A stretch of DNA of 64,000 bases from an uncultured Gammaproteobacteria bacterium (GCA_965230895.1 OZ246394.1:249316-313315); one strand, 5' to 3'. Positions 1 through 9,347 are shown, counted from the first letter of the stretch. The notes: generated from the letters alone by a model not told the origin. Translations and numbers: made by a program.

Positions 1-1430
1 AGATCCTTATTGGTTCGTTCAAAGACATTTGCGATTTCGAAGAGTTTGATATTTTCATGGTCTTGATTGTCTTTGACAACTTTCATCATCCCAGGAATTA
101 AAGTCTTTCTCATGTGGACGAATTCTTCAGTTAACGGATTATGAATCGTCACAGCATCAGTTTCTGTTCCTGTTAATAATTCTTTGGAGACCATTGGATA
201 TGTATAGACTTCAGTAAATCCCCAATACTTCAACGTATCTTTGATGCGATCTTCCCAATAGAATTGGTTTTTATCGACGTGGACGTAATCACTTTGGATT
301 GCTGGGGGCAATTGCCCTGGGATATTGTGGTAGCCATAGACACGCGCAATCTCTTCAATGATGTCTTCCTCTATTTGCATATCATCACCGGTCTTCTTGG
401 GCGGTACAGTGACCTCTAGAGTAGAATCCTTTTGCTTCACACTGAATCCAAGTTTGGTCAGAATTTCAATTGATTGTTTCAAAGGAATTGTGACACCGAC
501 GACTCGATTAATTTTTTCTTCTGAAATAGTGATTTTGGTCTCTTTTGGTTTGTCTGGATAAACATCAATAATGTTTGAAACGATCTTTCCCCCGGCTAAC
601 TTTTCAAACAATTTGATTCCAGCAGCAAATGCATCATCAATGTATTCTGGATTGATTCCTTTTTCATTGAGAACTGCTGCTTCGGTACGGATGCCGTATT
701 CCATTGATGCTTTTCTAATGCGAGTTGGTTCGACTGCTTCGATGAAGAACAGAATTCGTTTTGTTTCTTTGGTCACCACACTATTTGCTGTTCCCATCAA
801 TCCGAGCAAATCAACGATCTCGCCTTTGCCATTGTCTGCGACGAGATCTCCGCCTGAAAGTGTATATGTCTTATCATCAAGCGTGGTAACTTTCTCACCT
901 TTTTTAGATTCCCGGACGATGAGTGTGTGATTTTCCAATCGATCATAATCAAAGACATGGGTTGGGTGACCTGTTTCACGCATAACATAGTTAGTTATGT
1001 CGATGACATTGTTCAAGCTTCGGATGCCTGATGCTTCTAAACGATCTTTGATAACTTGAGGAGAATCTTTAATGCTTACTTCCATGATGACTGCACAGAT
1101 TCGATGCACGAGCTTTGGATCGTTTTTGATGATCATTTCCAAATCGTTTTTGATTTTGACTTTTGGTACTTCGAACTTTGGATCGACGAATGTCGCTTTG
1201 ATGCCATTTTGCGGCAAAACGGTTGCGGCTTCACGTGCCAAACCGATCACTGACATAAGATCTGGTCGGTTGGTTGTGACTTCGATGTCATAGACGAAAT
1301 CGTTCTTCCCAAACTTTTCGATGTGCTCGACGCCGACGCTTGTGAGCGAGAGGAGTTCTCCGATCTTTTGCGGCGTTGCTGATGTCTTTACATGTTCTCG
1401 TAACCACGAGTCTAAGATTTTTATGTTCAT
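1..1430 (-). CDS. pheT: Phenylalanine-tRNA ligase beta subunit, 3' end beyond window; lacks B2 OB-fold domain
   Basis: Manual translation from ATG at 1430: MNIKILDSWLREHV...DIEVTTNRPDLMSVIGLARE...NNVIDITNYVMRETGHPTHVFD; directly downstream of pheS; absent from ORF track because it runs off the edge. Confidence 0.95.
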   Translation of the reverse strand, partial: MNIKILDSWLREHVKTSATPQKIGELLSLTSVGVEHIEKFGKNDFVYDIEVTTNRPDLMSVIGLAREAATVLPQNGIKATFVDPKFEVPKVKIKNDLEMIIKNDPKLVHRICAVIMEVSIKDSPQVIKDRLEASGIRSLNNVIDITNYVMRETGHPTHVFDYDRLENHTLIVRESKKGEKVTTLDDKTYTLSGGDLVADNGKGEIVDLLGLMGTANSVVTKETKRILFFIEAVEPTRIRKASMEYGIRTEAAVLNEKGINPEYIDDAFAAGIKLFEKLAGGKIVSNIIDVYPDKPKETKITISEEKINRVVGVTIPLKQSIEILTKLGFSVKQKDSTLEVTVPPKKTGDDMQIEEDIIEEIARVYGYHNIPGQLPPAIQSDYVHVDKNQFYWEDRIKDTLKYWGFTEVYTYPMVSKELLTGTETDAVTIHNPLTEEFVHMRKTLIPGMMKVVKDNQDHENIKLFEIANVFERTNKD

Positions 1431-1442
1431 ATCTCTATGGAA

Positions 1443-1524
1443 GGGGTCCTGTCTCGCAACATCCCAATCCGATGTCCTCGCTTTGCTGCGGGCACTCGAT
1501 TGGGAGCCCTATGCGAGCCACCCC
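1443..1524. repeat. Long imperfect hairpin / palindromic intergenic element between pheS and pheT
   Basis: Nested arms GGGGT/ACCCC, CTCGCA/TGCGAG, TCCCAATC/GATTGGGA. Confidence 0.65.
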
Positions 1525-1534
1525 AGTTGTGATT

Positions 1535-2584
1535 TTAAAATTGTTTCAAGAAATCTAGATCGTTTGCGTAGAGTGTACGCAAGTCATCGATCTGAATTCC
1601 TTCTTTCATCATGAGTACACGCTCGACTCCCCAACCGGATGCAAATCCTGTATATTTCTTTGGATCGATGCCGCCGGCTTTTAAGACATTTGGATGAACC
1701 ATACCTGCGCCACCGAGTTCAAGCCAACCTTCTTTGCACAGTCTGCATTTTTCTTTCCCGACTCTGCCTGTCCCTTTACAGACTCCACATGATACATCGG
1801 TCTCAAATGATGGTTCAGTGAATCGGAAGTTGTATGGGCGGATGCGGGATTTTCGATTCTCGCCGAAATAGGATTTAACGAAATAATCCAAAACTCCCTT
1901 CAAGTGAGCGATTGAGATATTTTCTCCGACGACCAAGGTTTCAAACTGATGGAATGCTGGTGTGTGACTGACATCAATTTGTCTTCGATAGACTTTGGCG
2001 ATGTTTAGCATCTTAAATGGTGGCTTCACTTTCTCCATATGCTGGACTTGTCCGGTTGAAGTATGGACATTGAGCATCATTCGGCCTTTTTGGTGATGTG
2101 GTGGCTCGGCGATGTAAAAGGTTTCTAAGTCATCTCTTGCAGGATGATTTTGTGGGAAGTTTAACGCAGTGAAGTTATACCAATCCCAACTGATTTCAGG
2201 ATATCGTTCTCGAGTGAATCCGATACTTTCAAAGATTGTGGTAATTTCGCGAATTGCCTGAGTAACCAAGTGAAGATGTCCGAGTTCTGGGCGTTTGCCT
2301 GGTTCTGTGACATCAAGTTTTGGGCGGTTGGTAACTTTAATGTCTTTTAATTCTTTTTGCTTGTTCTTGATGGTATCTTCAATGATTCCTTTTACTTCGT
2401 TTACAACTCTTCCTGCTTCTGGTTTTTCAACTGCTGGGATTGTTTTCATCTCTTTCATTGCTTCAGTTAATGTCCCATTGCGACCAAGGAATTGAAGCCT
2501 GAGTTCTTCAAGTTCTGGAAGAGATTTTGCATCGATGATGAGGGAAAGTGCAGTGTTTTTAATTTGTAATAATTTTTCTTTCAT
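1535..2584 (-). CDS. pheS: Phenylalanine-tRNA ligase alpha subunit
   Basis: GHLHL, NFTALNFPQNHPARD, HTSTGQ, FRFTEPSFE, GWLELGGAGMVHPNVL, GWGVER motifs. Confidence 0.97.
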   Translation of the reverse strand: MKEKLLQIKNTALSLIIDAKSLPELEELRLQFLGRNGTLTEAMKEMKTIPAVEKPEAGRVVNEVKGIIEDTIKNKQKELKDIKVTNRPKLDVTEPGKRPELGHLHLVTQAIREITTIFESIGFTRERYPEISWDWYNFTALNFPQNHPARDDLETFYIAEPPHHQKGRMMLNVHTSTGQVQHMEKVKPPFKMLNIAKVYRRQIDVSHTPAFHQFETLVVGENISIAHLKGVLDYFVKSYFGENRKSRIRPYNFRFTEPSFETDVSCGVCKGTGRVGKEKCRLCKEGWLELGGAGMVHPNVLKAGGIDPKKYTGFASGWGVERVLMMKEGIQIDDLRTLYANDLDFLKQF

Positions 2585-2633
2585 TTTTGATTTCTTTATT
2601 ATAACGCAAGATTATTATTTCGTCAGCTTTTTG

Positions 2634-2713
2634 GACCTCACCCAGACCCTCTCCTAAGAGGAGAGGGATTTAATTAGTTCCTTCTCCTATTAGGAGAAGG
2701 TTAGGATGAGGTC
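2634..2713. repeat. REP-like double-hairpin palindromic element
   Basis: GACCTCA...TGAGGTC outer arms enclosing CCCTCTCCT-AAG-AGGAGAGGG and CCTTCTCCTA-T-TAGGAGAAGG. Confidence 0.75.
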
Positions 2714-3297
2714 TCGGTACTTTTCACCAACAAGAATGTTGTGTAATTGTTCTGATTGTCTTGGAGACCGTTTTCAATAAGTTTTAAACCATATACTTGT
2801 GCCAGCACAGCGCTCCCCATGACTGCTACATTTGCGGGTATAGTCTTTTGAGAGAGTTGCTCTGCCACTTTTGCATGATCGATGAGTTCTCCTTCACCGA
2901 CCACTTGCTTGAGTTTTGGATACTTTTGTTTTAATGTTTCTGAGCATTGTTTAAAGACTTGTGGATGAGCCATGATCGTATCAATATCTTCGATTTGACT
3001 GTCTTTCCGGATCATTAGTGCATGTTCGATTTTCAATTGATAATCAGTTACAAGTTCATAATTGTACTTCCCCATCGCTCTGATACTTTCATGGACAATG
3101 CCTCCAAGTGAATTGTGAATCGCAAACTGTCCTTGGTCGATTTCATTTTCATTAAGTGCCTTAAGGACATGTTCTGTGGTGTATAAGTATTTGAGAGCTG
3201 TATTTGGAACATTGTTGTGCTGCAAATACATAAGTACCGCTTCTTCATTGAAGCTTCCTCTTCCTCCTTGAATACCGATTGTTAATTGTTTTTTCAT
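2701..3297 (-). CDS. pheA: Prephenate dehydratase, catalytic domain only (no ACT domain)
   Basis: QGGRGSFNEEA, IHNSLGGIV, MAHPQVFKQC, QDNQNNYTTF motifs; 198 aa. Confidence 0.88.
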   Translation of the reverse strand: MKKQLTIGIQGGRGSFNEEAVLMYLQHNNVPNTALKYLYTTEHVLKALNENEIDQGQFAIHNSLGGIVHESIRAMGKYNYELVTDYQLKIEHALMIRKDSQIEDIDTIMAHPQVFKQCSETLKQKYPKLKQVVGEGELIDHAKVAEQLSQKTIPANVAVMGSAVLAQVYGLKLIENGLQDNQNNYTTFLLVKSTETSS

Positions 3298-3306
3298 AAT
3301 TGTTTT

Positions 3307-3358
3307 CCCTGAGCAAACGAAGTGCGTCGAAGGGTTTTAAGACTTCGACTTCGCTCAG
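3307..3358. repeat. REP-like inverted pair (CCTGAGC...GTCGAAGG family)
   Basis: CCCTGAGCAAACGAAGTGCGTCGAAGGG plus inverted CTTCGACTTCGCTCAG; near-identical unit at 53964-53991. Confidence 0.75.
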
Positions 3359-4506
3359 TCAAAATATTGATCAATCTTATCAATATTGACGCAGATACTG
3401 ACTCGGACAAAACGTTTTCCATTTTCTCCAAATGCTGTTCCTGGAGTTACCAGGATTTGTTTCTCGTTAAGGAGCTTCATGGCATAGGATTCTGCATCTG
3501 TTTCACTATCAGGAATCTTTGCCCAGATATAAAGACTAGCTTTTGGCAATGTGAACGTGAGTCCTAGTTTTTCCAAATAGTTCGCGATAATATCTCGTCG
3601 TGCTTTATAACTTTGGATCATTGCCTTTTGCCATTCTTCATCCGGGTGATTCAAGATATATGCTCCCAATTGTTGCAATGGCCTTGCGATACCGGAATCC
3701 ATTTGCGATTTTACTTTTGCAAAGATTGCGATGATGTCTTTATTGCCTACGACCCAGCCAAGTCTGTAGCCTGCAAGAGAAGATGATTTGGAGAATGAAT
3801 TGATTTCAATGGCGACATCTTTTGCTTCTGGAATTTGTAAAATGCTTGGTGCGACATACCCGTCAAATGTTATCTCAGAATAAGCATTGTCATAAACGAT
3901 AAAGACATTATGTTCTTTTGCAAAATCTACAAGTTGTGCTAAATCTTCCATTGAAGCGATTTGACCCAATGGGTTCGATGGGAAGTTGACCCAGATGAAT
4001 TTCGTTCGATCGGTTACTTTGGATTTGATGTCTTCGATGTTGAGTTTGTACTCATCGGCTTCATCCAAGGTATAGAAGATAGCTTTTGCTCCGATCATGA
4101 TCGCGGGGCCCGCAAAGCCTTGATATCCTGGATCCGGGATCATGACCTCATCTCCTTCGTTGAGAAATGCCAATGGTAAAAGTGAAATTACCTGCTTCTC
4201 TCCAACTGAGGAATATACTTCGTCTGGCTCGAGATCTACTCCAAACCGTTTTTTATGCCATGCAATCAATGCGTCACGGAATTCTGGAAGTGGTCCATAC
4301 CCAGGATACATATGCGCATTGGATGCATTAATGAATTCTTCAAGTTTCGCAACATATTTTGCACTCGGTGGGACATCGGGAGATCCTGCCCCAAAGTTCA
4401 ATACTTTTTTCCCGGTTTCTTTCTCAACCCGAGCGACTTCTCTATTGAGTCGTGAGAAAATATATTCCGGGAAATGATTAATTCTGTTTGCTGGTGTTAT
4501 GTTCAT
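3355..4506 (-). CDS. PLP-dependent aminotransferase class I/II, probably aromatic amino acid aminotransferase
   Basis: NFPSNPLG, YDNAYSEI, SFSKSSSLAGYRLG; lies between chorismate mutase and prephenate dehydratase. Confidence 0.88.
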   Translation of the reverse strand: MNITPANRINHFPEYIFSRLNREVARVEKETGKKVLNFGAGSPDVPPSAKYVAKLEEFINASNAHMYPGYGPLPEFRDALIAWHKKRFGVDLEPDEVYSSVGEKQVISLLPLAFLNEGDEVMIPDPGYQGFAGPAIMIGAKAIFYTLDEADEYKLNIEDIKSKVTDRTKFIWVNFPSNPLGQIASMEDLAQLVDFAKEHNVFIVYDNAYSEITFDGYVAPSILQIPEAKDVAIEINSFSKSSSLAGYRLGWVVGNKDIIAIFAKVKSQMDSGIARPLQQLGAYILNHPDEEWQKAMIQSYKARRDIIANYLEKLGLTFTLPKASLYIWAKIPDSETDAESYAMKLLNEKQILVTPGTAFGENGKRFVRVSICVNIDKIDQYFD

Positions 4507-4513
4507 AGCTCTT

Positions 4514-4804
4514 TCATTTCGCCCTATCTTCTATTTCGAGTGCTTCCTTATGGATTCGTTCATAGATATCTTTGATGAGATCTTCGGACAATCCTTTCTC
4601 TCCTGCTAGTGCAATCTTCGATTGCAAAACTTGTTCCCACCGTTTTGGATCAAGTGGTGGCAAATTATTTTCTTTTTTTAATTTTCCGACGCGTTGTACT
4701 ACAGCCATTCTTTCTGCTAAAGCGTCAAGTATCTTGGCATCAGCTGCATCAATTTCAGCTCGTAATTGTTCAAGCGTATCGGTCATAGTTCTTTGCAACA
4801 TCAT
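4514..4804 (-). CDS. Chorismate mutase (AroQ type)
   Basis: LEQLRAEIDAADAKILDALAERMAVVQRVGKLKKE...DPKRW pattern. Confidence 0.9.
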   Translation of the reverse strand: MMLQRTMTDTLEQLRAEIDAADAKILDALAERMAVVQRVGKLKKENNLPPLDPKRWEQVLQSKIALAGEKGLSEDLIKDIYERIHKEALEIEDRAK

Positions 4805-4866
4805 TTATACTATCATGCCCAGCCGATGTAAATCAGCGAAATGAAAAAAGAGCTCATTGCAAAAAA

Positions 4867-5301
4867 TTACCAACCTCTTCTTCTGCTCATAGTTGTACCT
4901 GCAGTACTTTGTGGTCTATTAAGTATTCCACTTCGTCCTGACATTGTTGCTTGCCCCTTAAACTTCCTTGTAAGCGCTTGTGCATCGACTACTACTTCGA
5001 CTCCTGGAGTTAACTCTTTTACACCTGTACCTTGCTTATCAAGTGTAACTTGTAAAGTCTCTTTGCCTAATTGTGGAGCACGAACTTCGATATGAGAATT
5101 TTCATCTCCTGGATTAACATGTGTCGTGTCTACCATTACTCCTTCTGGAAGAATTGGAGACCTGTCGAAGCGTCTTCGCCATTGTGGTATATCAGTGACG
5201 CGGTCTTCCCAGACAACTTCTTGTCCATCTCTCGATTTGTATTGTACGGTTATTCCATCTGGACTAAATTGAGCTATTGAATCTGATCTTCGTTCTGTCA
5301 T
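4867..5301 (-). CDS. Hypothetical protein, first gene after aromatic attenuator
   Basis: 144 aa ORF with SD-like GGGGGTGA upstream; no recognisable motif. Confidence 0.65.
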   Translation of the reverse strand: MTERRSDSIAQFSPDGITVQYKSRDGQEVVWEDRVTDIPQWRRRFDRSPILPEGVMVDTTHVNPGDENSHIEVRAPQLGKETLQVTLDKQGTGVKELTPGVEVVVDAQALTRKFKGQATMSGRSGILNRPQSTAGTTMSRRRGW

Positions 5302-5323
5302 AAATAAATCACCCCCTTAACGC

Positions 5324-5350
5324 AAAAAACCTCCCTTGTGAGGAGGTCTT
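5324..5350 (-). terminator. Attenuator terminator hairpin
   Basis: Minus strand AAGACCTCCT-CACA-AGGGAGGTTTTTTG. Confidence 0.85.
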
Positions 5351-5380
5351 GGTAATGATTTTACCTATTGTTAGTGCATT

Positions 5381-5452
5381 TTACGCAGCCAACAAACCTC
5401 CTTGAGGGGAAGTAAAGTAAAACCAAAAATAAGCTTTGTTGACAATTCGCAT
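5381..5452 (-). CDS. Aromatic-rich leader peptide MRIVNKAYFWFYFTSPQGGLLAA (pheM-like)
   Basis: Manual translation; six consecutive aromatic codons; followed by alternative antiterminator/terminator stems. Confidence 0.85.
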   Translation of the reverse strand: MRIVNKAYFWFYFTSPQGGLLAA

Positions 5453-5456
5453 AGGA

Positions 5457-5810
5457 TTATTTTGCAGACTTTGCTGCTGTTACAACATGTTTCCATGCTG
5501 TTGGGTCTTCAACGATCAAGTTACTCAATGATTTTCGATCAAGAGCGATATTTGCTTTTTGAAGCATGTTGATAAATGTACTGTAGTTCAAACCTTCTTT
5601 TTTAACAGCTTCAGAGATACGTGTAATCCAAAGTGTTCGGAAATCCTGCTTTCGGATCTTTCGTCCGTTGTATGCGTATTGTCCAGCATGAAGTGCTGCT
5701 TCTCGAGCAACTTTAACTAATTTACTTTTTGTTCCACGATATCCCTTTGTCAAAGACAAAAGTTTATTGTGTTTTCTTCTTGATACTAATCCTCTTTTAA
5801 CTCTAGCCAT
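5457..5810 (-). CDS. rplT: 50S ribosomal protein L20
   Basis: MARVKRG...KGYRG...FRTLWITRI...LDRKSL. Confidence 0.98.
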   Translation of the reverse strand: MARVKRGLVSRRKHNKLLSLTKGYRGTKSKLVKVAREAALHAGQYAYNGRKIRKQDFRTLWITRISEAVKKEGLNYSTFINMLQKANIALDRKSLSNLIVEDPTAWKHVVTAAKSAK

Positions 5811-5816
5811 AATATT

Positions 5817-5893
5817 AATTGAGAGTTGAAAATTGAAAGTTGAAAGTTATTGAAAATTTTAATTCTCAATTCTCAACTCTGAATTCCCAATTC
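5817..5893. repeat. Inverted arrays of degenerate heptamer repeats
   Basis: TTGAGAG-TTGAAAA-TTGAAAG-TTGAAAG followed by AATTCTC-AATTCTC-AACTCTG-AATTCCC. Confidence 0.7.
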
Positions 5894-6105
5894 TATCCTA
5901 ATGCCATCATTTGCTTAATTTTCTTTGCAAATTTACCTGTTAACTCTGCTGGTTCTTTCAATCTTCGTAGTCTTCTCTTTGATTTACCGATCTTCAAATG
6001 TCCACCAAATTGCTTACCGTGCATGACTTTACCAGTCTTTGTAACTTTAAATCGCTTTGTTACAGCGCTTTTTGTTTTCTTTTTTAGTTTCATTCCTTTT
6101 TTCAT
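5893..6105 (-). CDS. rpmI: 50S ribosomal protein L35
   Basis: KTKSAVTKRFKVTKTGKV...H...KSKRRLRRL; between infC and rplT. Confidence 0.95.
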   Translation of the reverse strand: MKKGMKLKKKTKSAVTKRFKVTKTGKVMHGKQFGGHLKIGKSKRRLRRLKEPAELTGKFAKKIKQMMALG

Positions 6106-6107
6106 AA

Positions 6108-6704
6108 TTATTCTTTTGGTGCTTCAGTTTCTTCAGTCTGAGCTTCTCCTTCTTCTTTTACTTTCTTTCCTTTTTCAGGAGACATTAACGCTACCATCTG
6201 TCTTCCTTCAAACTTTGCTTCTCTGTCGACTTTTGAAATGTCACTCAACGAGTCAACGACTTTTTGAATAACTTCCCGTCCAAATTCAGATCGAGTGATT
6301 TGTCTTCCTCTGAACTTTACAACCAATCTAATCTTGTCTCCGTCTTCTAAGAATTCTCGTCCGCGTCTGATCATTACTTGCAGATCATTATCAGACATAA
6401 AAGGGCCAAGGCGAATTTCCTTGGTTTCAGAAGTTTTGGCTTTCTTCTTCTCTTCCTGTTTCTTCTTCGATTGTTGATATAGGAATTTGTTGTAGTCGAT
6501 TATTTTTGCAACTGGTGGCTTTGCCGTAGCTGCGATCTCAACTAAATCAAGTTCCTGTTCTTCAGCAAGTTTTAAAGCTTCATCTCTCGTCAAAACTCCA
6601 ACCTGTTTTCCTTCAGCATCCAACACACGAAGTTGTGATGCGAAGATCCGTCCGTTAATTCTGTATCGTTTCTCTTGCTGTTTGAATTTAGATCTTTTTT
6701 GCAA
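6108..6704 (-). CDS. infC: Translation initiation factor IF-3 (non-ATG start, exact position uncertain)
   Basis: RINGRI...LDLVEIA...PPVAKIIDYNKF...KFRGRQ. Confidence 0.97.
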   Translation of the reverse strand: MQKRSKFKQQEKRYRINGRIFASQLRVLDAEGKQVGVLTRDEALKLAEEQELDLVEIAATAKPPVAKIIDYNKFLYQQSKKKQEEKKKAKTSETKEIRLGPFMSDNDLQVMIRRGREFLEDGDKIRLVVKFRGRQITRSEFGREVIQKVVDSLSDISKVDREAKFEGRQMVALMSPEKGKKVKEEGEAQTEETEAPKE

Positions 6705-8451
6705 TGTTTTCTAGTAATACCTCAAGAAATGCGTCGGTCTTGATCGATCCAAGATCTTCCCCATCTCTTTTACGCACAGAAACTGCCGACTCGGCAATTT
6801 CTTTGTCCCCTATTATACCCATAAAAGGTACTTTTTGTAAAGTAGCGTCTCGTATTTTGGCTTGAAGCCGTTCTGAACGTGTATCAAGCTCTGCTCTGAT
6901 GCCTGCATTTTGAAGCTGTTCTATAACTTTTTGGCCAAATTCAATGTGCCGATCAGCAATTGGCAAAAGGACAACTTGCACCGGTGCAAGCCATGTTGGG
7001 AACTTTCCGCCATAGTGTTCTATCAAAACTCCGAGGAATCGTTCGAGTGATCCGTATACAGCTCTGTGGAATGCCACTGGCTGTACTTCTTTTCCTTGGT
7101 TATCGATATATTTAAGTCCGAAGTTCTTTGGTTGTTGGAAATCTAGCTGAATTGTTCCTGTTTGCCATTGTCTTCCCAACGAGTCTTTCATCAAGATGTC
7201 AATCTTTGGACCATAGAACGCTCCTTCACCCGCAACAGTTATATATGCTTTTCCTGAATCATCAAGCGCTTCTTTCAATGAAGATTCTGCAATATCCCAA
7301 TCTTTTTCTGATCCCATAAACTTCTCTCCACGGGTTCCAAAACGAAGGATATACTCTAAACCAAATGGTTCATACATTTCAGCAATCATTTTAAGCATTG
7401 AATCAAATTCTGATTTGATCTGATCAATCGTTATAAAAACATGCGCATCATCCTGGCGAAATTGTCTTGTACGGAATAATCCATTGAGCGTGCCAGATAG
7501 TTCAAACCGGTGAAGCATACTTGTCTCCGCAAGGCGCATTGGAAGTTCATGGTATGAACGAAGTTTGTGTTTGAATATCGTCATGGCATTTGGACAGTTC
7601 ATCGGTTTCATTCCAAAAACTTCAGGCCCTTCCAAGACTTCTTTTGATTCTCCTCGCAAATAACTCATCGGAGAAAGGAACATGTCATCTCTGTAGTGCT
7701 GCCAATGTCCGGATGTTTCAAATAATGTTTTCTTATTAATTTGCGGCGCCATGACCTCCAGATATCCATATTTGCGATACATTTGGCGGGTGAAATCATA
7801 CAATGTGTTATACAGGACGAAACCTTTTGGTAACCAATACGGCATACCTGGCGCAGATTCTTCAAAAATAAAAAGTTCTAATTCTTTCCCAAGCTTTTTA
7901 TGATCTCGTGCCTTTGCTTCCTCAAGCATTTGGAGATGATCATCAAGATCTTTTTGTGTAGGCCAAGCTGTCCCGTAAACACGAGTCAACATCTTATTCT
8001 TCTCATCGCCTCTCCAATATGCTCCTGCAAGTGAAAGTAATTTAAATGCACCGATGTCTTTTCGCGGATCTTCGCTATGACCGCCTCGGCAAAGATCTTC
8101 GAAGTATCCAGCTTTATAAAATGTTAATTTCTCTCCGCGTTCGACGATGCCATTAATGAGTTCAAGTTTATACGGATTATCTTTATACACTTCCCGAGCT
8201 TCTTTCTCTGTGACTTCTCGATGTGTGAATCCTTCCCAACCCTTTAACGTCTCAGCCATTTTCTTCTCAATCTTTGGCAGATCTGCATCAGAGATAGGTT
8301 TGGCGAAATCAAAATCGTAATAAAATCCATTGTCGATTGCCGGTCCGATGGTTAATTTGGTATCCGGATACAACCGAAGCACAGCCGCAGCCAAAAGATG
8401 CGCTGCTGAGTGTCGGAGCTCTTCAAGGTGTTTGGAGTTTTCATTGCCCAT
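6688..8451 (-). CDS. thrS: Threonine-tRNA ligase (no N-terminal TGS domain)
   Basis: RHSAAHLLA, DLCRGGH, GAYWRGDE, KPMNCP, FRQDDAH, GAFYGPKID, HRAVYGSLERF. Confidence 0.98.
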   Translation of the reverse strand: MGNENSKHLEELRHSAAHLLAAAVLRLYPDTKLTIGPAIDNGFYYDFDFAKPISDADLPKIEKKMAETLKGWEGFTHREVTEKEAREVYKDNPYKLELINGIVERGEKLTFYKAGYFEDLCRGGHSEDPRKDIGAFKLLSLAGAYWRGDEKNKMLTRVYGTAWPTQKDLDDHLQMLEEAKARDHKKLGKELELFIFEESAPGMPYWLPKGFVLYNTLYDFTRQMYRKYGYLEVMAPQINKKTLFETSGHWQHYRDDMFLSPMSYLRGESKEVLEGPEVFGMKPMNCPNAMTIFKHKLRSYHELPMRLAETSMLHRFELSGTLNGLFRTRQFRQDDAHVFITIDQIKSEFDSMLKMIAEMYEPFGLEYILRFGTRGEKFMGSEKDWDIAESSLKEALDDSGKAYITVAGEGAFYGPKIDILMKDSLGRQWQTGTIQLDFQQPKNFGLKYIDNQGKEVQPVAFHRAVYGSLERFLGVLIEHYGGKFPTWLAPVQVVLLPIADRHIEFGQKVIEQLQNAGIRAELDTRSERLQAKIRDATLQKVPFMGIIGDKEIAESAVSVRKRDGEDLGSIKTDAFLEVLLENIAKKI

Positions 8452-8509
8452 GTAGGCATTATAGTAAAAAAAGTATTCTTTATAAAGAGGAGAGAATATA
8501 TTATTAAGG

Positions 8510-9021
8510 TTAATTTTTTAGAAACTTCTTTAATGAAAGTGCTTCAGTAACTGAAACGTGATTAAATTCTTTTGTAACACTGTCAACCATACCTTTCCAT
8601 TTTATTATTGTGTATTGATAATAGTTCTTTCTTAAAATAACATCACTATAATGAACCTCTACTATCATATAGTGTTCTGATAGATTTTTATTTTTACTAT
8701 TCCATGGAGTTTCAAATGTTGGGTATATAGATATTCCCTTAGCTATCTCAGTTGGAGTTACTATTTGACTGGAAAATTTAGGTATGAAGTTCTTGTCTAT
8801 TATTTGGATCTTAGTTTCTAAATTTTTTAAAGGCCTTACTCCAACATTCGTTAAAGTAATAAAACAGCTTATGGGTCCTAAATTTTTACTAAAATATCCG
8901 ATATTAAATCCTTCAAAACCAATATATGGTCTATTGCCAAATATCGTAAGATAAATAGTCCAAGCGTAGCAACTGAAGAAATAGCTGCTAAGAGCACAGT
9001 TAAAAATTCATATTCATTCAT
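8510..9021 (-). pseudogene. Frameshifted membrane-anchored hypothetical protein
   Basis: MNEYEFLTVLLAAISSVATLGLF (TM), continuing in shifted frames as NRPYIGFEG...NVGVRP... and ...IVEVHYSD...KKFLKN; needs two frameshifts. Confidence 0.5.
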
Positions 9022-9025
9022 GTTA

Positions 9026-9319
9026 TTAAGGCAGACTTTTTACTATTTGCCAAAGGATAAATACTGATGCAAAAGCAAGTCCAATCTGGATGAGGAGTGT
9101 GATACGGTTTATTCTTGTTGCTTTATTCGGTAATACTAGAAAATCTTTATATGTTAATTGAGGACCTTTTTTTCTATTTTGAAAAAGAGTTTTAGGGAAT
9201 CTCCCTCCATATCCCTTGAAAAATTTGTATAGCAAAAATAATCCCTGGTAAGTATTCCATATTCCAATTCCGTATGAAACCACAAGAAATGGAGCATATG
9301 GAGAAGATAAGTCAGGCAT
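9026..9319 (-). CDS. Small membrane protein
   Basis: Two hydrophobic segments; TATAAT 6 nt before ATG. Confidence 0.6.
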   Translation of the reverse strand: MPDLSSPYAPFLVVSYGIGIWNTYQGLFLLYKFFKGYGGRFPKTLFQNRKKGPQLTYKDFLVLPNKATRINRITLLIQIGLAFASVFILWQIVKSLP

Positions 9320-9347
9320 GGAAGAATTATATCAAATATAATTAGGG

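Noticed and set aside
4841-4860. GCAATGAGCTCTTTTTT resembling the tig leader motif GCGATGAGCTCATTTTTT
   Set aside because: Only two short instances and no hairpin here; chance cannot be excluded.
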